64,000 nucleotides of DNA, taken from contig JANNWY010000071.1 of NCBI GenBank assembly GCA_031409335.1, forward strand, positions 14,440 to 78,439. The letters run 5' to 3'. The stretch is from Chthoniobacteraceae bacterium. GTDB taxonomy: Bacteria > Verrucomicrobiota > Verrucomicrobiia > Chthoniobacterales > Chthoniobacteraceae. The position numbers and the translations under genes are program-made. Positions 39,649 through 49,050 of the stretch are shown here, one piece after another. Each line of letters begins with the position of its first letter. The stretch's first letter is position 1. The notes beneath the pieces were generated by a model. It ran no database searches, was not told the origin of the DNA, and saw nothing but the letters and a program-made list of their open reading frames with translations.

Positions 39649-40838
39649 AAATCAACTCGCTGGTTTTGCTCGCCACTTGCGCGCTGGCCCTTGTCAATTC
39701 GTGTCTGGCCGATGGCGTTTATTACATTCGACCGGACGCGGGAGGGACGAAAGACGGTTCCGACTGGAACAACGCCTACACCGCACTGCCGAAGGCGATG
39801 CAACGGGGATCTACCTACTACATCGCAGATGGCAGCTACTCCAAACATAGCTTCGATGCTCCAGAGGCATCAGCTCAAACGATCACCGTCAGAAAGGCGA
39901 CCGATGCCGATCACGGCACCGATGAAGGATGGGCTCCCGCATATGGCGATGGCGTGGCTGAATTTCCCGGACTGACGTTCAATACGGACTGGTGGATTCT
40001 CGACGGTGCCGGACGAAAACATCCCGATAGCGGATGCGGCCTTCGGATCACCAATATGGTTGATCTCAGCACCCTCGTGACACTGGAAGGAAAACGATCT
40101 CACATCACCATTCGTTGCGTGGAACTCGCAGGCGATGCGGCTCTGGAAAAGCGAATTACAGGAATCTACGGGGTGCAGGGCCCATCTCACATAGAAATTC
40201 AACATTGCCACATCCACGACTTATTCGGAGTTCCTTTTCACTTTATCGACGCAACGAACATTTTGATCGAGTTCTGCCTGATCGCACGCACCAAGAGCAC
40301 CGCGGAATGGCATACCGCAGGAATTCAAGCCCGGGGCTGCACGGCATTAACTGTCCGTTACAACAAGTGGGAAGATATCAACGGAACCGCGGTGATTGTG
40401 AGCGGCAGCGGAAATTCCTCCCGCTGGAATGTCCATGGCAACATTTTTCTTCGCGGCAATGTGGGTCATGGGATGGTCGCCGACAATGACTGGGACACCA
40501 TTGAGGATGTGCTGGTTTCGGGAAACATCATCGTTGGGCATCGTGGCAATGCGGGCATGAATTTTTTCAAGTCGAAAGGCCGCATTACTATTGTTGATAA
40601 TGTTTGGTACGACAATTCGTGGATATCCTTCAGCGGCGTAACCACCCAGGATTACAATCATTTTTCCAACTGTAAGTTTCCGTTCGCTTTCCAACCGGCA
40701 TCCCATGAAACCCCCGTGCGCCGAGGCGAGGACGCAAACTATTCCATTGTGAAAACCTCGCCGTTTTCCGACTTGGCGAAGGGAGACTTTTCCCTGTCCC
40801 GAGATGCGCTTCAGGCTATCACCCACGAAAAGAAGTAA
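39645..40838 (+). CDS. Secreted right-handed beta-helix (pectin-lyase-like) protein
   Basis: Signal peptide (CLA-D); YYIRP.A.G..DGSDW.NA; Asn/Gly-rich repeats such as NILIEFC, TVRYN, NVHGNIF and VSGNII. Confidence 0.7.
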   Translation: MKINSLVLLATCALALVNSCLADGVYYIRPDAGGTKDGSDWNNAYTALPKAMQRGSTYYIADGSYSKHSFDAPEASAQTITVRKATDADHGTDEGWAPAYGDGVAEFPGLTFNTDWWILDGAGRKHPDSGCGLRITNMVDLSTLVTLEGKRSHITIRCVELAGDAALEKRITGIYGVQGPSHIEIQHCHIHDLFGVPFHFIDATNILIEFCLIARTKSTAEWHTAGIQARGCTALTVRYNKWEDINGTAVIVSGSGNSSRWNVHGNIFLRGNVGHGMVADNDWDTIEDVLVSGNIIVGHRGNAGMNFFKSKGRITIVDNVWYDNSWISFSGVTTQDYNHFSNCKFPFAFQPASHETPVRRGEDANYSIVKTSPFSDLAKGDFSLSRDALQAITHEKK

Positions 40839-40883
40839 GCTTGCCCATCCCGCGTTGCATTTTAGAAACATCTCTTATCCCGC

Positions 40884-41543
40884 ATGAAAATCGTTAAGTT
40901 AATCCGACCCGCACAATTCGCATGGATTGCCATGAATGAGCATTATCTCAACATCGATACTTCCGATAAAGTGCAATACGCTGAGACGCCCGGATGGTGG
41001 CGCGGACCGAAGACTTCCGCCGCACGGCACCAGGATAACTGCGCTTACGGGACGCCGGATTATTACTACATCTATCGCATCATCAAAGTGCTCGATCCGC
41101 AGAAGGACGATGTGGTCTATGATATTGGCTCCGGGAAAGGGCGGATTCTTTGTGTGATGAGTCGCCGCGACGTGAAAAAGTGCGTCGGCATCGAACTTTT
41201 CGAGGACCTCTGTGTTGCGGCGCGCGCGAACGCGGAGAAAATGCGCGGCAGGCGCGCGCCGATCGAGATTCGGTGTGAAGATGCCTCCATCGCCGATGTG
41301 TCGGATGGGACGGTGTATTTCCTTTTCAACCCCTTTGGCAAGGAGACGCTGACCGAGATGCTCGCCAATATCAAAGACTCCCTCTCGAAGAATCCGCGGC
41401 GGGTGCGAATCGTGTACTACAATAGCGTTTGTCGTGACGTTTTTGACTCTTGCGCGTGGCTCAAACGCTACTCGGAGTTTCGGACTTTCAACGGATTGGA
41501 AATCGCGTTTTACGAGAGCAAGGGAAGTCAGGCATCGGTCTGA
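40884..41543 (+). CDS. SAM-dependent methyltransferase (DOT1-like fold)
   Basis: DVVYDIGSGKGR, GIEL, YFLFNPF. Confidence 0.85.
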   Translation: MKIVKLIRPAQFAWIAMNEHYLNIDTSDKVQYAETPGWWRGPKTSAARHQDNCAYGTPDYYYIYRIIKVLDPQKDDVVYDIGSGKGRILCVMSRRDVKKCVGIELFEDLCVAARANAEKMRGRRAPIEIRCEDASIADVSDGTVYFLFNPFGKETLTEMLANIKDSLSKNPRRVRIVYYNSVCRDVFDSCAWLKRYSEFRTFNGLEIAFYESKGSQASV

Positions 41544-41569
41544 AACGACACCGGCGGTAGCAGCACAAC

Positions 41570-42916
41570 ATGAACGCGCCTGTTTTCATCTTCATGCTGC
41601 TGAATGTGCTTGGTATTCTAGCATTGCCCCGGACGTGGGCGCCGTTGCCGCTTCTGGTTGGCGCGTGTTATATGACGCTGGGGCAAGGGATCGAGGTGGG
41701 GCCGTTTAACTTCACGATCATTCGCATCCTGATCGGCGCCGGCCTGCTCCGGCTGCTCTTGCGCGGTGAGCGATTGGCGGGTGGACTGAATAGAATGGAC
41801 CGCCTTATGATGCTCTGGGCAGTTTGGGCGGTGGTGAGCGTGCCATTGCTCAACGACCTCTCCGGTGAACTCGACTCCTCCGATGAGTATATCTTCCGAC
41901 TAGGTCTCGTCTATAATACCTGTGGCCTCTACTTCCTTCTCCGCGCCCTCTGTCATACGCTGGAAGATGTCGTCGGACTTTGCCGGATGATTGCACTTTT
42001 GCTGGCTCCACTGGCGATAGAGATGGTTCTGGAAATGGCGAGCGGGTCCAATCTATTCGCCGCTTTTGGCGGAGTTCCGGAGATTTCTGACATGAGGCAG
42101 GGGAGGTTCCGCGCACAGGGTCCGTTCTCGCACGCGATCCTCGCCGGCACGGTGGGCGCGGTGTCGATTCCGCTGCTGATTGGGATATGGAGATTGCAGC
42201 GACCCTTCGCGATCGTCGGAAGCATCGCCTGCGTCACGATGGTCGTGACCTGTGCATCCAGCGGCCCGATTATGAGTCTGCTCGCCGCAGTCGTGTCGCT
42301 CTGGATGTGGAAGCATCGCGAGAAAATGGGGCTGGTGCGAAAGGCTGCGGTCTTTGGCTATATTGCGCTGGATATTTTCATGAAAGCTCCCGCCTATTTC
42401 GTGCTGGCGCGCATGGACATCGTCGGCGGAAGCACGGGATGGCATCGGGCGGCTTTGATTGAAACTGCGATCGAACATTTCAACGAGTGGTGGCTGGGCG
42501 GGACAAACTTTACGAGGCATTGGCTGCCGACCGGGGTGTCTTGGAGTCCGAATCACACGGACATTACCAATCATTACCTCCATCTCGGGGTCATCGGTGG
42601 AATGCCTTTGGTCATTATCTTCTTCGCCATTCTGGTGAAAGGGTTTTCCTTTATCGGGCAGATTCTCCGCAACCGTCCGGATCTGCCGGCGGAATCACAG
42701 TTTTTAGTCTGGGCGCTGGGCTCGTCCCTGTTCGTGCATGCGACGACGTTTGTTTCAGTGGCATACTTCGATCAATCGTTCGTCCTCATCTATGTCACGC
42801 TGGGTGCCATCAGTTCCCTCTACTCTGCGGCGGGCAATGTGGAAATCGCGTCGAACTTGCCTGAAGACGAGTTTGCGGAATGGGAGCCGGCCGAGTCCGC
42901 CCACGCCGTTCATTGA
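41570..42916 (+). CDS. wzy: Wzy/O-antigen-ligase-like polymerase
   Basis: About 11-12 TM helices; R..GPFSHAILAG, SSGP, and a periplasmic loop ending DITNHYL..GV.GG; located in a Wzx/Wzc/Wza locus. Confidence 0.7.
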   Translation: MNAPVFIFMLLNVLGILALPRTWAPLPLLVGACYMTLGQGIEVGPFNFTIIRILIGAGLLRLLLRGERLAGGLNRMDRLMMLWAVWAVVSVPLLNDLSGELDSSDEYIFRLGLVYNTCGLYFLLRALCHTLEDVVGLCRMIALLLAPLAIEMVLEMASGSNLFAAFGGVPEISDMRQGRFRAQGPFSHAILAGTVGAVSIPLLIGIWRLQRPFAIVGSIACVTMVVTCASSGPIMSLLAAVVSLWMWKHREKMGLVRKAAVFGYIALDIFMKAPAYFVLARMDIVGGSTGWHRAALIETAIEHFNEWWLGGTNFTRHWLPTGVSWSPNHTDITNHYLHLGVIGGMPLVIIFFAILVKGFSFIGQILRNRPDLPAESQFLVWALGSSLFVHATTFVSVAYFDQSFVLIYVTLGAISSLYSAAGNVEIASNLPEDEFAEWEPAESAHAVH

Positions 42917-42930
42917 AAACGCCGGGAGCT

Positions 42931-44148
42931 ATGAACCCAGCATCGCTAGATACCGTCGAGACTCCGCCCGAGCGGCAGGTTTGTGTGCGTGTTCTCGATC
43001 GAGTCGATGAACTGGAGCGTGTGCGGAATTTGTGGAATGCCCACGAAGCGCACCCGAATAATGATCTCGACTATTTTTCTCTGATCGCACGTTTTCGGAA
43101 AGAAGTGCTCGGTCCTTTGGTGGTCACGCTGGAGTCAGGCGGCGAACTTCGTGCGTCGCTGGCGGGGCGCATTGAGGACACCAGGCAGAAGTTTCAGTTT
43201 GGCTATGTTGGTTGCGGGAGTGTGGGGGTTAGGAAACTGGCGTTTGTCACGAGTGGCGCTCTCGGCAAAATCTCCCGCGAAGATGCCCAAATGCTAATCG
43301 ACTCCATCCAGTCCGCACTCCGCGAGCGTGGTTTGGACTTCGCTGTCCTGCACAATCAGCCAGTGGATTCGTGGCTGGCGCGTGAAGCACAGACCAGCGT
43401 GACAACATGGCGGAGAGATGGTGGCGGACGGGAGCGCGAGCATTGGCGCATGACTTTGCCGGGCAGTTTCGAGGAGTTTCTCGCGCGGCGGAAAAAGAAA
43501 CATCGTTACTGGTTGAACCGGCTGCCGCGTGTGTTGGAGAAAGCCTTTCCTGGAAAAGTGGAAACGAAAACTTTCGAGACATTGGCCGATGTGCCGCAAT
43601 TCTGCCGGGATGCGGATGCGGTGGCCACGCTGACCTATCAACGGAAGCTCGGCGCAGGATTTGCGAACGTCGGAGAGACGCGGGAATATTGCGAACTGCT
43701 GGCCGCGCGACAGGCGCTGAAAGGTTACATCGTATATGTCGATGGCCAGCCATGCGCCTACTGGCTCGCCTCCACCCATCGCGAAGTTCTTTTCCTTCAT
43801 GCCACCGGATACGATCCCGAGTTTCGCAAATACGAGGTGGGAACGATTTTGTTCCTGAATCTAATTCGGGATGCCTGCGGGACGGTCTTGGAGAAAGTCG
43901 ATTTCGGGCTGGGTGCGGCGGACTACAAAGAGCGGTTCGGTGACGAATGCTGGCTGGAGAAAGATTACTATATTTTCGCACCCAGCCTACGCGGAGTGAT
44001 GCTGAACGCAGTAGTTTCCGGCGGTTTCGTTGCGGAAAAGGCGGCGCGCTGGCTGGTCGCGAAGGCCGGTCCGGTCAGCCGCCTCAAACAACTCTGGCGA
44101 AGGCGTCTGGTTGCCGGTGATACGAAGACGGAGGCCGACAGCGCATGA
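42931..44148 (+). CDS. GNAT family acyltransferase (CelD/BcsL-like)
   Basis: LPGSFEEFL, TGYDPEF.KYEVGT, VDFGLG..DYKERF; start taken at ATG 42931. Confidence 0.8.
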   Translation: MNPASLDTVETPPERQVCVRVLDRVDELERVRNLWNAHEAHPNNDLDYFSLIARFRKEVLGPLVVTLESGGELRASLAGRIEDTRQKFQFGYVGCGSVGVRKLAFVTSGALGKISREDAQMLIDSIQSALRERGLDFAVLHNQPVDSWLAREAQTSVTTWRRDGGGREREHWRMTLPGSFEEFLARRKKKHRYWLNRLPRVLEKAFPGKVETKTFETLADVPQFCRDADAVATLTYQRKLGAGFANVGETREYCELLAARQALKGYIVYVDGQPCAYWLASTHREVLFLHATGYDPEFRKYEVGTILFLNLIRDACGTVLEKVDFGLGAADYKERFGDECWLEKDYYIFAPSLRGVMLNAVVSGGFVAEKAARWLVAKAGPVSRLKQLWRRRLVAGDTKTEADSA

Positions 44149-45653
44149 GTGGTGAATTGGAGATCGAAGACCCAGTCGCCCGCGAGGAGCGCACCCGGCA
44201 GACCCATCGGCGCGTGATGAAGAGCAGCGCGATCCTGACTTCGGGAAGGATGCTCGTCTATCTGCTGTCGTTCACGCGAAATATCATCCTTGTCCGAATG
44301 CTCACCAAGGCGGACTTTGGGCTGGCCGCCGTGTTCGGGCTGACCATCGGAATGCTGGAAGTCGCCGGGCGGATGGCATTCGGACAACAGGTCATCCAAA
44401 ATCGCGCAGGAGATTCGGAGTCCTTTCTCGCGACCTCCCATGCCTTTCAAATGATCGCGGGAATTGGCGGAGCAGTCTTGTTTGCGTTAATGAGCGTTCC
44501 GCTGGCATACCTATTCGAGGTGCCACAATGCTGGCCTTCGTTCGCTTTGCTCGGGTGTGTGCCCTTGTGCAAAGCCTTCGAGCATCTCGATGTCTTCCGC
44601 CAGCAGCGCGAATTGAAGTTTCTGCCTGCCGCAGTCGTGGAAGTCACGCCGCAACTCATCATCACGCTCGCCGCCTGGCCGCTGACCCTTTGGTTGAAAG
44701 ACTACCGCGTCATCGTCTGGCTCATGGCTGGCAACGCCGCGCTGGCGGCGGTGATGAGCCATCTCGCGGCGGAGCGTCCCTATCGCTGCGCATGGCATCG
44801 GGAACATGGCCGACCGATGTTTGCCTTTGCGTGGCCGCTGCTGCTGAATGGGTTGATTATGTTTCTCTGTCAGGAAGCAGATCAGATTCTCGTGGGGAAA
44901 AGTTTTTCGCTGAGCGCGCTCGCCGGCTATTCCCTCGCGCTCACGCTGGTGAGCATTCCCTTTTTCGTTTTCGCGCAAACTGCCTCATCGCTCATGCTCC
45001 CGATTCTTTCCCGCTCTCAGGACGACGGGGAAAAGTATCGCGCCTCCTACCGTGAATGCGTGACCTATGCAGCGATGGCCTCGGTCTTTCTGCTCCTGCC
45101 GCTGATCGTTGCGGGCGAGCAGATCGCGACACTCCTCTACGGAGAAAAATACGCGGGCGTCGGCACGGCCATCGCCGTCCTCGGGGCTGCGTCCGCTGTC
45201 CGCTTCGTGCGCTTCGCGCCGTCCATCGCGGCGATGGCCCGGGCGGATACTGTGAACCTGCTCTACGCGAACTTATGGCGGGCCGTCAGCCTTCCGCTCG
45301 CCATCGCAGTCGTGATGATAATAGGACAGGATGTCGTGCTCGTGGCAGCTTGTGCTTTGATCGCGGAAACTGCTGCAGCGTTCTTTTCGATCTATCGCCT
45401 CCGGCAACGGCAGGGCATTCCGCTGGGCGACAATCTTGCCGCTGGTCTCTTCATTGGATCGTTTTTGGCGATCGGGCTGGGTGTTGTTTTTGCGGGAGCA
45501 AATCATTGGAGCGCCTGGCTGGCTTCCGGGGTCACCGTTCTCATTCTGGCGGCGGCGATCGTTACTTCGTTGATTCTCTTTCCGAATGCCTGGACTCTTC
45601 TCAGCCGCGCCACTGGCTGGACATGGCGCGGGCGACTGGCTTCCGCTGCCTAG
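44145..45653 (+). CDS. wzx: Wzx flippase
   Basis: About 14 TM helices; ILVRML...DFGL, DQILVG......LAGYSLA. Confidence 0.85.
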   Translation: MSGELEIEDPVAREERTRQTHRRVMKSSAILTSGRMLVYLLSFTRNIILVRMLTKADFGLAAVFGLTIGMLEVAGRMAFGQQVIQNRAGDSESFLATSHAFQMIAGIGGAVLFALMSVPLAYLFEVPQCWPSFALLGCVPLCKAFEHLDVFRQQRELKFLPAAVVEVTPQLIITLAAWPLTLWLKDYRVIVWLMAGNAALAAVMSHLAAERPYRCAWHREHGRPMFAFAWPLLLNGLIMFLCQEADQILVGKSFSLSALAGYSLALTLVSIPFFVFAQTASSLMLPILSRSQDDGEKYRASYRECVTYAAMASVFLLLPLIVAGEQIATLLYGEKYAGVGTAIAVLGAASAVRFVRFAPSIAAMARADTVNLLYANLWRAVSLPLAIAVVMIIGQDVVLVAACALIAETAAAFFSIYRLRQRQGIPLGDNLAAGLFIGSFLAIGLGVVFAGANHWSAWLASGVTVLILAAAIVTSLILFPNAWTLLSRATGWTWRGRLASAA

Positions 45654-45657
45654 TTTC

Positions 45658-46392
45658 ATGGAAATGATGCGCGACCAACAACCCGATCACTCTTCGCTGT
45701 GGATCAGCGTCCTTCGTCTGCTCTGCAAGTCGCCACGGATGCGTGCCTTTGCCATGCGGTCGGTGGCGCGGGCCGAAGGCGGGGAACTCCTATCGCCTAC
45801 GCTTCGGGAGTTGCTGAAGGAACACTGCGGCGTGCATGTCGGCATGTATAGCTATGGACTGTGCCTTACGCCGGGCGGATTGCCGCCCGGAACGTGGGTG
45901 GGTAACTATTGTTCGCTTGCCGATGGGATCGCGATCCTGCGCAGGAATCACCCCATCGACCGCATTTCCCAACACCCGATCTTTTTCAATCGCGAATGCG
46001 GACTCGTATCGGAAGACACCCTTCCACCGGTTTCCTCGAATCCACTTCACATCGGACACGATGTGTGGATTGGTCAAAATGCCATCATTACTCCAGGCTG
46101 TAAAAGTATCGGTGATGGCGCGGTGATCGCGGCAGGCGCGGTTGTCACCGCGGATGTGTCGGCGTTTGGCATCGTCGGCGGAGTGCCGGCGAAGCTGATC
46201 CGCCACCGCCTGTCGGAAGAGCTTCAGCGAATCGTCCTGGAGACGGAGTGGTGGTTGAAGTCGTTGCCGGAGTTGAAACAGTTTCTACCACTTTTTTCCA
46301 AAACCCTGACAATCGAACAGGCAAAGCAGTTTCAAGATGAGTGTCTGCGGAAACCCAGCGGGCCACAGCCAGCCGAGGCAGCGACCCGATGA
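45658..46392 (+). CDS. CatB-related hexapeptide O-acetyltransferase
   Basis: VGMYSYG, VGNYCSLA, NHP, IGHDVWIG, IAAGAVVT...GGVPAK.IR.R, WW. Confidence 0.85.
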   Translation: MEMMRDQQPDHSSLWISVLRLLCKSPRMRAFAMRSVARAEGGELLSPTLRELLKEHCGVHVGMYSYGLCLTPGGLPPGTWVGNYCSLADGIAILRRNHPIDRISQHPIFFNRECGLVSEDTLPPVSSNPLHIGHDVWIGQNAIITPGCKSIGDGAVIAAGAVVTADVSAFGIVGGVPAKLIRHRLSEELQRIVLETEWWLKSLPELKQFLPLFSKTLTIEQAKQFQDECLRKPSGPQPAEAATR

Positions 46393-47738
46393 GCGCGGAA
46401 ACGGCGAACCCACGGCGACGCATCGGAATCATGGGGACATCGGTGACTTCGGGAAACCGGGGTGTGGTTGCGCTTGGTGTGTCGCTGGTGAATCTCTGCT
46501 GCGAGGCCGCGCGCGAGGCGGAGATCGTTTTGCTCCTCAGTCACGGCGATCATCGACCGGTTTCGTTTCAGGTGGATGGGAAAGCCCGGGAGATTCCCAT
46601 CGTGCCATGTCGGCTATCTCCGCGTTCACGGCCGCAGGATCATTTGGTTTGGATCGTGGGCATGTCGCTTTTGTATCAGTGCGTGCCGATCGCGAGTGTC
46701 CGCCGGTTGATTGCGAATTCGACGCCCTGGATTGGCGCGGTCGCGGGTGCGGAAGTGGTGGGTGATGTGCGCGGCGGGGATAGCTTCAGCGACATTTATG
46801 GGATGGGACGCTTTCTTCTCGGGTTCTTCATGGCTTGGAGCGTGATCCTGGTGCGCGGGGAGATGGTGCAGTTTCCCCAAACTTATGGGCCATTTAAGAG
46901 TTCACCGGCACGCTGGCTCGCGCGCTTTCTTTTGGTTCGCTCTTCGATGGTGATCGCGCGGGATGAGCGGAGTCGGCGGGTTGCCCAGGAGTTGCTCGGG
47001 GAGGAATACGAAGTCCACCTCAGCCCGGACGTCGCTTTTTCACTGGCTGTCACACGACCTGCCAGAATTGCCTTGGAACCGGCTCCAAGTATTCCCGCAA
47101 CAGGAGGGGTGCTCGGGTTGAACGTGAACGGTCTGATGTATCACGGTGGTTACACTCGCGATAACATGTTCGGGTTAAAACTAAATTACCCCACTTTCCT
47201 AACCGAGTTGGTCATTTCGTTACTCGCGGAACATGAGGGCGAGCTTTGGCTAATACCGCATACCTTTGCTCCGCCGGGGGATGTGGAGAGCGATCAAGAC
47301 GCTTCGCGGAGGTTGCGCGAATCACTGCCTGCTGCGTTGCAATCGCGAGTGCGGATCGTTGCGGCGGAATACGATCAGCATGAAATCAAAGGGGTCATCG
47401 GTAGCTGCGATTTCTTCATCGGCTCGCGGATGCACGCGTGCATCGCCGCACTCTCGCAGGCTGTTCCGTGTGTGGGCGTGGCTTACAGCATGAAGTTTGA
47501 GGGTGTATTTGAATCGGTCGGGATGGGTGAATGGGTGGTGGATGGACGGAGCGTGCCGAATGCGCCGGCGGTTGCGCGGATTGTGGATTTGTATCGCAAG
47601 AGGGATGAGGTCCGGGAAGGTCTCGCGCGAGGGGCCAATGAGGCGCGGGCGAGTTTGCGCGCGGTGTTTCGGCGCGTCTTCAAGCTGACGGCAATGGAAT
47701 CAGAAAAGACCCAGCCAATCGAATTTGCCGGTGTCTAG
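46389..47738 (+). CDS. Polysaccharide pyruvyl transferase (WcaK-like)
   Basis: GNRGV, GGDSFSDIYG, PQTYGPF, ARD..S, PDVAF, IGSRMHACIAALS, AYS.K. Confidence 0.88.
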   Translation: MSAETANPRRRIGIMGTSVTSGNRGVVALGVSLVNLCCEAAREAEIVLLLSHGDHRPVSFQVDGKAREIPIVPCRLSPRSRPQDHLVWIVGMSLLYQCVPIASVRRLIANSTPWIGAVAGAEVVGDVRGGDSFSDIYGMGRFLLGFFMAWSVILVRGEMVQFPQTYGPFKSSPARWLARFLLVRSSMVIARDERSRRVAQELLGEEYEVHLSPDVAFSLAVTRPARIALEPAPSIPATGGVLGLNVNGLMYHGGYTRDNMFGLKLNYPTFLTELVISLLAEHEGELWLIPHTFAPPGDVESDQDASRRLRESLPAALQSRVRIVAAEYDQHEIKGVIGSCDFFIGSRMHACIAALSQAVPCVGVAYSMKFEGVFESVGMGEWVVDGRSVPNAPAVARIVDLYRKRDEVREGLARGANEARASLRAVFRRVFKLTAMESEKTQPIEFAGV

Positions 47739-49047
47739 TCTGCAAACCGTAACGGAGGTCGTGGACTGGCGCATGTGCCTCGGGTGTGGCGCGTGTGCCT
47801 ACATCTGCCCTGAGGAACGCGTGGGTCTGCGCGACTTTTTGGAGGAAGGGATTCGTCCGGTGGTGGAGGCTGGGGACTGTTCGGGGTGTTTGGCGTGTGT
47901 GGAGGTATGCCCGGCAGTGCGAAGCGACTTTCCCTCTGCCGAGGAATGGGGACCGATCCTGGAAATGTGGGAGGGTCACGCGAGCGATCCCGAGATTCGT
48001 TTCAAAGGGTCTTCCGGCGGTGTCCTGACGGCGCTTGGAGCTTACTGCGTGGAAGGGTTGGGCATGGCGGGTGTGCTGCATATCGGACAAGATGCGGAGG
48101 ATCCCATGCGCAACCGCACGCGCCTCAGCCGGAGTCGCGAGGAGCTGCTGGCCGCGTCTGGGTCCCGCTATTCGCCGGCTTCGGTTTGCAATGGGTTGGG
48201 TTTGGTGGAGGAAGCGGATGCGCCTTGCGCGATTGTGGGAAAACCGTCCGAGATTTCAGCGGTGGCGAATGCGCGCAGGCTCCGTCCCAAGCTGGATGAG
48301 CGGATCGGTGTGACGCTTTCTTTTTTCTGCGCGGAGAGTCCTTCAACGGGTGGCACCGCGGCGCTGCTGGACCGGATGGGTGTCACACCTTCTTCATTGC
48401 GCGATCTGCGCTACCGCGGGCTCGGGTGGCCGGGGCATTTTGCGCCGACGCGGCGGGGCGACGACGAGCCGTGTGACCAGATGACTTACCAGGAAAGCTG
48501 GGCGTTTCTCCAGGCGCATCGACCGTGGTCGGTGCAGCTTTGGCCGGATGGGAGCGGGGAGCTGGCGGACATTAGTTGTGGCGATCCCTGGTATCACGAG
48601 CCCGATGGCAGGAATCCCGGAAGTTCGCTGGTGGTGGCGCGCACGGCGCGCGGACGGGAGATCGTCGAAGGTGCCATGAAGGCCGGGTATCTAACGTTGC
48701 AACCTGCGGAAATGTGGAAACTGGATCGTTCACAATCCGGCTTGTTAAAGAAGAAGGGTGCAGTTTGGGGGCGGATACTGGCAATGCGCCTGATGAGGCT
48801 GCCAACTCCCGACTTTCGCGGCCTGCGACTTTTCCGCTGCTGGCTGAAACTGTCGCTCAATGAAAAGCTGCGCTCGACCTTGGGAACGATCCGCCGGATC
48901 ATTTCCCTGAAGTTGTATAAGCCACTTCGACTCGATCGCAACACCGCCGTGCCCGTGAAGTCGGCCGTGCCTGCCCGCGACGCCGTTGAGAAAGCCGGCC
49001 CCTTGAACTCGACGCCAAACTTTACCCCACTCGATTTGACCCTGTAA
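47725..49047 (+). CDS. FrhB/FdhB-like (F420-reducing hydrogenase beta subunit family) Fe-S flavoprotein
   Basis: Two 4Fe-4S motifs (CLGCGACAYICP, CSGCLACVEVCP); SSGG, GSRY, VGKP, YRG.GWPG, ADISCGD.W; start may be GTG 47731. Confidence 0.85.
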   Translation: MPVSSLQTVTEVVDWRMCLGCGACAYICPEERVGLRDFLEEGIRPVVEAGDCSGCLACVEVCPAVRSDFPSAEEWGPILEMWEGHASDPEIRFKGSSGGVLTALGAYCVEGLGMAGVLHIGQDAEDPMRNRTRLSRSREELLAASGSRYSPASVCNGLGLVEEADAPCAIVGKPSEISAVANARRLRPKLDERIGVTLSFFCAESPSTGGTAALLDRMGVTPSSLRDLRYRGLGWPGHFAPTRRGDDEPCDQMTYQESWAFLQAHRPWSVQLWPDGSGELADISCGDPWYHEPDGRNPGSSLVVARTARGREIVEGAMKAGYLTLQPAEMWKLDRSQSGLLKKKGAVWGRILAMRLMRLPTPDFRGLRLFRCWLKLSLNEKLRSTLGTIRRIISLKLYKPLRLDRNTAVPVKSAVPARDAVEKAGPLNSTPNFTPLDLTL

Positions 49048-49050
49048 CGT

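Noticed and set aside
41553..41560. ops-like GGCGGTAG before wzy
   Set aside because: It lacks the downstream TG, the same 8-mer occurs inside unrelated genes (near 11943 and 61144), and no RfaH/NusG paralogue is in the window.
45658..46392. Chloramphenicol/streptogramin resistance gene
   Set aside because: The hexapeptide fold is shared with these enzymes, but its position between wzx and the pyruvyl transferase indicates glycan O-acetylation.
47725..49047. Hydrogenase or methanogen-type F420 metabolism
   Set aside because: No large or small hydrogenase subunits and no maturation genes; the context is EPS.
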